From: Microbotryum violaceum
Lineage: Eukaryota
Direction of reading: 5' to 3'
NCBI GenBank assembly: GCA_001244265.2
Contig: LN717261.1
Location: 1,055,813 to 1,106,590 of the forward strand
DNA: 50,778 nucleotides
Every line of letters begins with the position of its first letter. Positions within the stretch are counted from its first letter, which is position 1. The translations under genes were made by a program, and so were the position numbers. Below are positions 1 to 23,487 of this stretch, in pieces. The notes under the pieces were generated by a model. It was not told the origin of the DNA and ran no database searches. It saw only the letters and a list, made by a program, of their open reading frames with translations.

Positions 1-44
1 CACGACCGAGGCGCCTCTGCCGAGCTGAGAGTGGACTTGTCACA
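1..44 (-). repeat. Family A 3' LTR of A1, first 44 bp only
   Basis: Reverse complement of the A LTR start TGTGACAAGTCCACTCTCAGCTCGGCAGAGG, next to the PPT. Confidence 0.9.
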
Positions 45-52
45 CCCCCCCC

Positions 53-1319
<1,267 letters not shown>

Positions 1320-1704
1320 TGTGACAGTCCACTCTCAGCTCGCAGAGGCGCCTCGGTCGGTGCGCGCACACGCGCTAGCCCGCGCTGACGCGCGCGACTG
1401 ACTCAGCGCGCCAGCGCCGGGTGGGTCCGTGCGCGTGCCCACTAGGCCGCCCCCTTGCGGTGTGGACTTAGGCGCGCGCGACTGCGTTAGCGCGCTAGAC
1501 TGCGTTAGCGCGCTAGCAACTTCACCCGCGACTGGGCCTATCCCAGCGCGGGTCCCCTTTCTATTTCTTAGCTTCCCTCTCACCACTTCTGTTCAACAAT
1601 CGACCTCTCCTGACAGTAGTGGTGATTGTCTCATAGGTATGCTGAAATAGACCACTTCTGTTCAACAATCGACCTCTCCTGACAGTAGTGGTGATTGTCT
1701 CATA
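1320..1704 (+). repeat. A2 5' LTR (TG...TA, two U5 units)
   Basis: Direct repeat of 6239-6621; ends CTCATA immediately before the PBS GGTTAT. Confidence 0.95.
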
Positions 1705-1705
1705 G
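1637..1705 (+). other. Putative 69-nt spliceosomal intron in the family A LTR
   Basis: GTATGC donor, CCTGAC branch motif, CATAG acceptor whose G is the first base of the PBS. Exactly this segment is absent from the A0 5' LTR (13163-13475). Confidence 0.7.
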
Positions 1706-1732
1706 GTTATTCGCCCATCGACCTACCGCTGG
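1705..1732 (+). promoter_or_regulatory. PBS complementary (with mismatches) to the 5' half of initiator tRNA-Met
   Basis: GGTTATTCGCCCATCGACCTACCGCTG directly after the LTR; compare the Ty5/copia half-tRNA PBS GGTTATGAGCCC. Confidence 0.85.
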
Positions 1733-1733
1733 C

Positions 1734-13475
<11,742 letters not shown>

Positions 13476-15213
13476 CGATCTCCTGCCACGCCCACGCGAT
13501 GTTGCTTCGCTATGCCAGGCGCAGGAGTTTCCGACGACGTGGATGACGCACTCCACTCACCCTCTGCCGTGGCCTACCTTGCCTCTGGCACTGCCGCCCT
13601 CATTGAGACCTCGCCCGCCGACCCTGCGGAACTGATTGCCCCCGCTCGCGACCCACCTCACTGGCGAGCGGCCATGGCCACTCCTCAAGCGGATGAATGG
13701 CGTCTTGCGGCCCGCGACGAGTTTGACTCACTCTTGCGAGATTTTTCGGCGTTCACACCGATTGACGAGTCCCTTGTCCAGCAGACGCCAAGGTCCTGGG
13801 CTCCGCTTTGTCTTCCGCACCAAACGCGACCAGCATGGCCAAGTCAAGTCCTACAAGGGCCGTCTTGTTGCTCGTGGTGACTCCCAACGCTCTGGCATTG
13901 ACTTTGACGAGACCTTTGCACCCGTGGCCAAATTCACCTCCATCCGCGCACTCCTGGCTCTTGCTGCTGCTCATGGGTACCACGTCCACCAGGCCGACAT
14001 CGACAAAGCCTACCTGCACGGCAAACTCGACGCACCCCTGTACATTCGTGTGCCTGATGGCATCTACATGCCAGGCAAGGTCCTCCAACTGCATCGGTCC
14101 CTCTATGGTTTGCGCCAGGCCGGTCGCATCTGGAACGACGAGATTGACTCTGCCTTGTCCGCACTCGGCTACGTCGCCACCGAATCCGACCACTGCGTCT
14201 ACGTCAGGACAACGGGTGATGTGCACCACTACATTGCGCTCTATGTCGACGACCTGCTCATGATCAGCCCCTCTCTCCCTGAGATTGAGCGTACCCTTCA
14301 GGGTCTTGAGCAGCGCTATGGTGTCAAACGGCTCGGTGAGGCGGAATATGTCCTCGGCATCCAGATCCGGCGCTCTCCAGACGGTTCCATCTCTCTGAGT
14401 CAGGAACAATACCTCAAGGACGTCCTTGCCCGATTTGGAATGTCTGATGCCCATCCCGTCGCCACGCCCATGCAGCCCGATCTCCGCCTCGAAGTCGAGC
14501 TGCAGCCCACCCCATTCCCGGATCGCACTCGGTACCTGCAGGCCATTGGTTCCCTTATGTACGCGTCCACTGGTACTCGGCCCGACCTGGCTTACACCGT
14601 CGGTTACTTGGCTCGCTTCTCTCACTCGCCTTCCGCTGCTGCTTGGGGAGCTGTCAAACACGCCTTCCGTTACCTCGCTGGCACTCTTTCTCACGGCTTA
14701 CGCTACGCTCGTGGGAATCCGGCACCGCTCTTAGGCTACTCCGACTGCAACTGGGGTGCATGCGTCCTCTCTTCCAAGTCGACCATGGGTTACACTTTTG
14801 TCTATGCAGGTGCTGCCGTCTCATGGTCCTCCCGGCTTCAATCGCGCGTTGCCGACTCCACTTGTGACGCCGAGTACCTCGCACTGTCACACGCTGGTAA
14901 GGAGGCAATCTTTCTGCGTCAGCTCTTTGGTGAGCTTGGCCTTTCGTCTTCAAAGCCCGTCCTCATCTACGGCGACAACCAAGGCGCCAATGCTCTCACC
15001 AAGAATCCGGTATTTCATGCTCGGACTCGGCACATCCGCCTGCGCGAACACTTCGTCCGGGATATGGTTTCCATGGGCGACATTGTCGTCCAGTACATCA
15101 ACACTGGTGAGATGACAGCGGACATCTTCACCAAAGCATTGTCACGCGACCTCTTTGCTCGGCACCGCGGTCGACTCGGTATCTGTGCTCCCTGATACTC
15201 GAAGTAGGGGGGG

Positions 15214-15720
15214 TGTGAGATCAAATATCTCCTTCATGTCCTTCTTGTATCTTGTACCTACCTCAACATCCTCCTCTCTTCGTTTTGATCACTTTTGGCC
15301 TACTTTTCACCACCTTAGCTCTCCCACTCTGGGCCTGGTCTCTGCACCTGGGCCAGGTCCGTGCGCCTGACTTTGGCTGGGCTGACTTGGGCCCAGCCAA
15401 ATGGCCCCACTCTGGTTTCTCTCCTGCTCAAGCAACTTCTTGGTCTGGTCTCCCTTGGTCCTTCGATCAGAGACTTACCACCGCTTGAGCAGGTGAGCAC
15501 TACTCTTCCTATCATCTTTCACCCTTCTAGATGCGGTAACTTACTGTAGTGCTTGAGCAGGTGTGTAATAAGCAACTTCTTGGTCTGGTCTCCCTTGGTC
15601 CTTCGATCAGAGACTTACCACCGCTTGAGCAGGTGTGTAATAAGCAACTTCTTGGTCTGGTCTCCCTTGGTCCTTCGATCAGAGACTTACCACCGCTTGA
15701 GCAGGCGTGACAACATCACA
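15214..15720 (+). repeat. Family B 3' LTR (507 bp, TGTGA...TCACA, three units)
   Basis: Same length and junction type as the LTR at 20698-21204. Confidence 0.95.
15493..15704 (+). other. Three abutting putative introns in the family B LTR (15493-15560, 15561-15632, 15633-15704)
   Basis: GTGAGC...CTTAC...GAGCAG (68 nt) followed by two GTGTGT...CTTAC...GAGCAG (72 nt each). 507 minus 212 is 295 bp, the length of the B3 5' LTR. Confidence 0.7.
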
Positions 15721-15801
15721 GGTGCCGTCATCCAGATGTCGTGATCGAGGTCGTCGTGAAGATAGGCTTTGTCGATGTCCGCTTGGTGTACATGCAGGCC
15801 G
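15721..15801 (-). pseudogene. 81-bp inverted fragment of family A RT (belongs to host element A3)
   Basis: Reverse complement of A2 4963-5043 ([22 protein letters not shown]); its continuation is at 21205 on the plus strand. Confidence 0.92.
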
Positions 15802-16235
15802 TGTGATGTTGTCACGCCTGCTCAAGCGGTGGTAAGTCTCTGATCGAAGGACCAAGGGAGACCAGACCAAGAAGTTGCTTGTTACACACCTGCTCAAGCA
15901 CTACAGTAAGTTACCGCATCTAGAAGGGTGAAAGATGATAGGAAGAGTAGTGCTCACCTGCTCAAGCGGTGGTAAGTCTCTGATCGAAGGACCAAGGGAG
16001 ACCAGACCAAGAAGTTGCTTGAGCAGGAGAGAAACCAGAGTGGGCCATTTGGCTGGGCCCAAGTCAGCCCAGCCAAAGTCAGGCGCACGGACCTGGCCCA
16101 GGTGCAGAGACCAGGCCCAGAGTGGGAGAGCTAAGGTGGTGAAAAGTAGGCCAAAAGTGATCAAAACGAAGAGAGGAGGATGTTGAGGTAGGTACAAGAT
16201 ACAAGAAGGACATGAAGGAGATATTTGATCTCACA
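15802..16235 (-). repeat. Family B 3' LTR (434 bp, two units)
   Basis: Reverse complement of the B LTR next to the PPT C-run. Confidence 0.95.
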
Positions 16236-16253
16236 CCCCCCCTACTTCGAGTA

Positions 16254-19200
16254 TCAGGGAGCACAGATACCGAGTCGACCGCGGTGCCGAGCAAAGAGGT
16301 CGCGTGACAATGCTTTGGTGAAGATGTCCGCTGTCATCTCACCAGTGTTGATGTACTGGACGACAATGTCGCCCATGGAAACCATATCCCGGACGAAGTG
16401 TTCGCGCAGGCGGATGTGCCGAGTCCGAGCATGAAATACCGGATTCTTGGTGAGAGCATTGGCGCCTTGGTTGTCGCCGTAGATGAGGACGGGCTTTGAA
16501 GACGAAAGGCCAAGCTCACCAAAGAGCTGACGCAGAAAGATTGCCTCCTTACCAGCGTGTGACAGTGCGAGGTACTCGGCGTCACAAGTGGAGTCGGCAA
16601 CGCGCGATTGAAGCCGGGAGGACCATGAGACGGCAGCACCTGCATAGACAAAAGTGTAACCCATGGTCGACTTGGAAGAGAGGACGCATGCACCCCAGTT
16701 GCAGTCGGAGTAGCCTAAGAGCGGTGCCGGATTCCCACGAGCGTAGCGTAAGCCGTGAGAAAGAGTGCCAGCGAGGTAACGGAAGGCGTGTTTGACAGCT
16801 CCCCAAGCAGCAGCGGAAGGCGAGTGAGAGAAGCGAGCCAAGTAACCGACGGTGTAAGCCAGGTCGGGCCGAGTACCAGTGGACGCGTACATAAGGGAAC
16901 CAATGGCCTGCAGGTACCGAGTGCGATCCGGGAATGGGGTGGGCTGCAGCTCGACTTCGAGGCGGAGATCGGGCTGCATGGGCGTGGCGACGGATGGGCA
17001 TCAGACATTCCAAATCGGGCAAGGACGTCCTTGAGGTATTGTTCCTGACTCAGAGAGATGGAACCGTCTGGAGAGCGCCGGATCTGGATGCCGAGGACAT
17101 ATTCCGCCTCACCGAGCCGTTTGACACCATAGCGCTGCTCAAGACCCTGAAGGGTACGCTCAATCTCAGGGAGAGAGGGGCTGATCATGAGCAGGTCGTC
17201 GACATAGAGCGCAATGTAGTGGTGCACATCACCCGTTGTCCTGACGTAGACGCAGTGGTCGGATTCGGTGGCGACGTAGCCGAGTGCGGACAAGGCAGAG
17301 TCAATCTCGTCGTTCCAGATGCGACCGGCCTGGCGCAAACCATAGAGGGACCGATGCAGTTGGAGGACCTTGCCTGGCATGTAGATGCCATCAGGCACAC
17401 GAATGTACAGGGGTGCGTCGAGTTTGCCGTGCAGGTAGGCTTTGTCGATGTCGGCCTGGTGGACGTGGTACCCATGAGCAGCAGCAAGAGCCAGGAGTGC
17501 GCGGATGGAGGTGAATTTGGCCACGGGTGCAAAGGTCTCGTCAAAGTCAATGCCAGAGCGTTGGGAGTCACCACGAGCAACAAGACGGCCCTTGTAGGAC
17601 TTGACTTGGCCATGCTGGTCGCGTTTGGTGCGGAAGACAAAGCGGGAGCCCAGGACCTTGGCGTCTGCTGGGACAAGGGACTCGTCAATCGGTGTGAACG
17701 CCGAAAAATCTCGCAAGAGTGAGTCAAACTCGTCGCGGGCCGCAAGACGCCATTCATCCGCTTGAGGAGTGGCCATGGCCGCTCGCCAGTGAGGTGGGTC
17801 GCGAGCGGGGGCAATCAGTTCCGCAGGGTCGGCGGGCGAGGTCTCAATGAGGGCGGCAGTGCCAGAGGCAAGGTAGGCCACGGCAGAGGGTGAGTGGAGT
17901 GCGTCATCCACGTCGTCGGGAAACTCCTGCGCCTGGCATAGCGAAGCAACATCGCGTGGGCGTGGCAGGAGATCGATCGGGTCCGGGGAGTCGGACCGAG
18001 CGGGTGAGGGTGGCGCTGGCAACGCACGGGAGGCCACGGGGCGCGGGGAAGGACAAGGCGTGGAGATGGCCGAGTCAGAGCTACCTTGGTCAGAGGCGCT
18101 TGATGCAGGTGATTCCGGGTCAGGGAGCTCACGAGCAGGGGAGCCTTGGTCAGGGGCAGGGGGTGCGAGCGAGTCCTGGTCAGGGACCTCGCAGGCAGGG
18201 GCGGGACGGTGCGGGCCCTGGTCAGGGGCTGCCGGCACGGGTCGAGGTGGCTCAGCGCGAGGCGCGAGTGAGTGAGGGGAAGCAACGAGCGAAGGCTCAA
18301 GGGGGTCTACCTGGTCAGGGTATGCGTCAACAGTGACGGGGAGTGGGATTGGTTCAGCGCGAACGTCGGTGGCTGGCCGGAGTGCAGGGAACTCGGATTC
18401 ACGGAAGACAACATTGCGGCTGAGTTGTATCCTGCGCGTGGACGGCTCGAAGAGTCGGAAAGCCTTGGCATGGTGGTCAAAACCAACGAACAGGAGGGGT
18501 ACAGCCTTGGGGTCAAGGTCCGTGCGCTTGGCCGAGGGAAGGTGGTGCCAAGCGCGGCAGCCAAATGCGCAAAGAGTGGAGATATCAGGCGCAAAGCCGT
18601 GCCAACGGGTGTCGGGGATCTCACCACCAATGCCGGCGTGAGGCATCAGGTTTTTGCAGTGCACGTAGTACAAGGCAGCCTCACCCCAGAGGCGCGAATC
18701 AGCGCCAGAGGAGTAGAGCAGAGCAAGGATACCCTCCTTGATGGTGCGATTGCTGCGCTCGACACGCCCATTTTGTTGGGGTGTGTAAGGATAGTGAGTT
18801 CCCGACGAATGCCTTTGCTTGTACAGAAGTCGACAAAGTTGCGCAGAGTGAACTCGCCTCCATTGTCAGAGCGGATGGTCTTCACCTTGTTGCCGGTGGC
18901 ATTCTCGACTTCAAGGATCCAGTCGCGAAGGCGAGGGAAGACGTCACTTTTGAGTGCCAGGAGGATACACCAGTGCTTGCGAGAGAAGTCATCAATGATG
19001 ACCAGCATGTACCGATGTCCACCAAATGTAGGGCGAGGCATTTGCGCTACATCGACATGGAGGAGATCCAGGCGGCCAGAGGCAATGGACTTGGACCGGG
19101 CAAAGGGAGGGCATGCGCTTTGGAAGCGAGACAAGCATTGCAGTAAAAATCCCGGAGCTCCTGATCCTTATACACCCAATCCACCCCAGTAACCAAGCCT

Positions 19201-20584
19201 TTCTGCACAATGGTTTTGATTTGCGCAACGGGCAAGTGCGCGAGGCGACGGTGCAGAGTCAGCAAGGACACTTTGGTAGGGATGGCGAGGAGGGCTTTGG
19301 GCGTACAGGGTGTAGGTCCAAGTGCCAAGGCGTACAGGTTGTTCCCGATGGCTTGAGCGGTAGCGACGACGGCACCCGAGGGACGGGCGATGCTTGCACA
19401 ACGAGATGCGAAGGAGACGCGGTAGCCAAGTTGATCCAACTGGAAGACGGACAGCAGGTTGCACGGGAGATCCGGTACGAGGAGGACATTGGACACGGTG
19501 ATCGGACCCGTTGAAGTCTGGATGCAAATGGTGCCGCAACCGGTGGAAGGGAGGGAGCCGGCGACACCTCCAACTCGTGGGCCTGCGACCGTGCGAAGCT
19601 CGGAAAAAAGGCCCCTGTCGTTCGTCATATGGCGATTAGCGCCCGAGTCAAGGAGCCAAGCCGATTTGCGAAATGGCGAAGGTGTTGCGAGGAGACAGGC
19701 CGTGAACGACACAGAGTTGGGTGTGTCCACTGCGGCTGGTGACGCGACTGGCTGGGAGGCCCTCTTCTCGGCGGTGCGACGAGCTCGGTAGGCGGCGGCC
19801 CAGGCGGTGTCGGGGCATTCCCGGAGCCAGTGCAACTTGCGACAAGACGGATTTGGGCACGGCCTTGAACAGCCGTGGCGGGCCTGCGGGGTGGCGACGG
19901 CGGCAACAGGAGTATCGACGGGGCGGGCTTTGACATCGCGGTAAAGGCGCGTGAAGATCTCGGTGGCGGAGGGCATCGCAGTGGAATCGCCCTGGTCAGC
20001 AACGAAGGTGGTGCGCCAGGCGTCGAAGGACGAAGGAAGGCGAGCAAGCAAGTGCGAGGCGAGAAGGGCGTTCACGGTGACCTGCGAGTCCTGCAGCAGC
20101 CGGGCGTCGTTTTCGAAACTGTCGCGGAATTGCAGGAACAGGTCGGAGTGACGGGCACAGGGTCGGAGCTGAAGAGGCGTTGGATGACCGGTAGCAGATC
20201 GACAGCAGAGACGGTGCCGTAGCGTTCGCGAAGTGCCTGCCAGACCTTGGGTGCTGCGAGCGGTTCGTCGAGGTAAGGTGACAGGCCCGGGAGGACAGTT
20301 TGCGAATCGACGGAGGCGCAAATGGAGGAGCAGGCGTAGTGGTCCCAGAGAGGGACATACGAAGCAGGCCAAGACTCGAGTGGTACGCCCGTGTTGAGGT
20401 AACGGACGACGCCGGAGGGCAGGCGCGAACGGATGGCGAGGACCCAGTCTCGGTAGCCGGACGAGTTGCGAAGCAGCTCGGTCGTTGCGAAGGCCGCAGA
20501 GTGGGTGGGCGGGCGCAAGGGCGGCGCATCGGGCGTGGGCTCGCGGAGCTTGGCTTCAGGCGCGGAGGCGCCGGCGTCGGACAT
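16254..20584 (-). CDS. B2 Gag-Pol polyprotein (apparent frameshifts)
   Basis: ORFs 20072-20611, 19047-20372 (LLDSGAN), 18646-19134 (IRSDNGGEF), 16715-18673 (YVDDLL) and 16254-16979 (RNase H). Confidence 0.9.
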
Positions 20585-20661
20585 GTTGCGAAGGGTGAAA
20601 AAGTAGAGCAAAGGGCGGGCACGGAGGTGGCCGCACTGGTAGCTCGGTTGGGCTAATAACC

Positions 20662-20697
20662 TGTTGGAGCAGCTGGTAGCTTGTTGGGCTCATAACC
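20662..20697 (+). other. DNA copy of tRNA-iMet 5' half (about positions 5-40), inserted as an extra PBS in B2
   Basis: TGTTGGAGCAGCTGGTAGCTTGTTGGGCTCATAACC contains a D-arm GAGC/GCTT, the G29-G31 initiator stem and anticodon CAT. Absent from B3. Confidence 0.8.
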
Positions 20698-22490
<1,793 letters not shown>

Positions 22491-22997
22491 TGTGATGTTG
22501 TCACGCCTGCTCAAGCGGTGGTAAGTCTCTGATCGAAGGACCAAGGGAGACCAGACCAAGAAGTTGCTTGTTACACACCTGCTCAAGCGGTGGTAAGTCT
22601 CTGATCGAAGGACCAAGGGAGACCAGACCAAGAAGTTGCTTGTTACACACCTGCTCAAGCACTACAGTAAGTTACCGCATCTAGAAGGGTGAAAGATGAT
22701 AGGAAGAGTAGTGCTCACCTGCTCAAGCGGTGGTAAGTCTCTGATCGAAGGACCAAGGGAGACCAGACCAAGAAGTTGCTTGAGCAGGAGAGAAACCAGA
22801 GTGGGGCCATTTGGCTGGGCCCAAGTCAGCCCAGCCAAAGTCAGGCGCACGGACCTGGCCCAGGTGCAGAGACCAGGCCCAGAGTGGGAGAGCTAAGGTG
22901 GTGAAAAGTAGGCCAAAAGTGATCAAAACGAAGAGAGGAGGATGTTGAGGTAGGTACAAGATACAAGAAGGACATGAAGGAGATATTTGATCTCACA
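22491..22997 (-). repeat. B3 3' LTR (507 bp, three units)
   Basis: Reverse complement of the B LTR next to the PPT. Confidence 0.95.
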
Positions 22998-23031
22998 CCC
23001 CCCTACTTCGAGTATCAGGGAGCACAGATAC

Positions 23032-23373
23032 TGTGAGAGTTACAACTCTCTGTACTTCCTTCTCACATCATCTCCCTCTTTCTGTCTTGTCCTCTCTGTG
23101 ATTTTTGGCCTGTCCTTCACCCTGCTCTATCATCACTGGGCTTGGTCTGTGCACCTGCATCAAGCGCACGGACCTAGTCACTCTCTGCCTGGCTCCCCTT
23201 GCCTCTAGGCTGGGTCTGTGCGCTTGGCACTGGGGCACGGACCTGGTTGCGCACTTGCCCCAGCCAACTGGTTCCGCGCTTCTCACTCTCCTGCTCAAGC
23301 AACTTCATTGGTCTGGTCTCCCTGGTCCGTCGATCAGAGACTCACCACCGCTTGAGCAGTTGTACGGTTCATA
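23032..23373 (+). repeat. C1 5' LTR (342 bp, single unit, TG...TA)
   Basis: Repeat of 27988-28404 minus a 75-nt GT...AG segment. Confidence 0.95.
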
Positions 23374-23487
23374 GGTTATAAGCCACAACAAGCTACCAGC
23401 GCGGTCACCTCCGTGCCGCCCTCGTCGTCGTTTTTTTTTTTCGCGCTTCGCACGACTCAGCCTCGCCCTGCACCCTGCACGCCTGGC

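Larger units (their letters stand above)
13476..15720 (+). mobile_element. Ty1/copia family B copy B1 (3' part: RT, RNase H, 3' LTR)
   Basis: ORF 13636-15195 ([14 protein letters not shown]); PPT GAAGTAGGGGGGG; LTR 15214-15720. Confidence 0.93.

Noticed and set aside
1480..1516. 18-bp duplication and many differences between the A2 5' and 3' LTRs as a sign of old age
   Set aside because: The region ~860-1520 is dense in indels compared with all other copies and looks like low-quality consensus; A2 is the youngest nesting layer.
13753..14694. Long antisense and alternate-frame ORFs (also 26501-27427, 28892-29860, 30734-31651)
   Set aside because: Expected shadows of GC-rich pol coding sequence; no recognisable domains.
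15430..15704. Repeat-spacer-repeat pattern resembling a CRISPR array
   Set aside because: Units are 54-63 bp parts of eukaryotic LTRs, the spacers are repeated rather than unique, and there are no cas genes.
20662..20697. A functional tRNA gene
   Set aside because: Only the 5' half is present; there is no T-arm or acceptor 3' strand.
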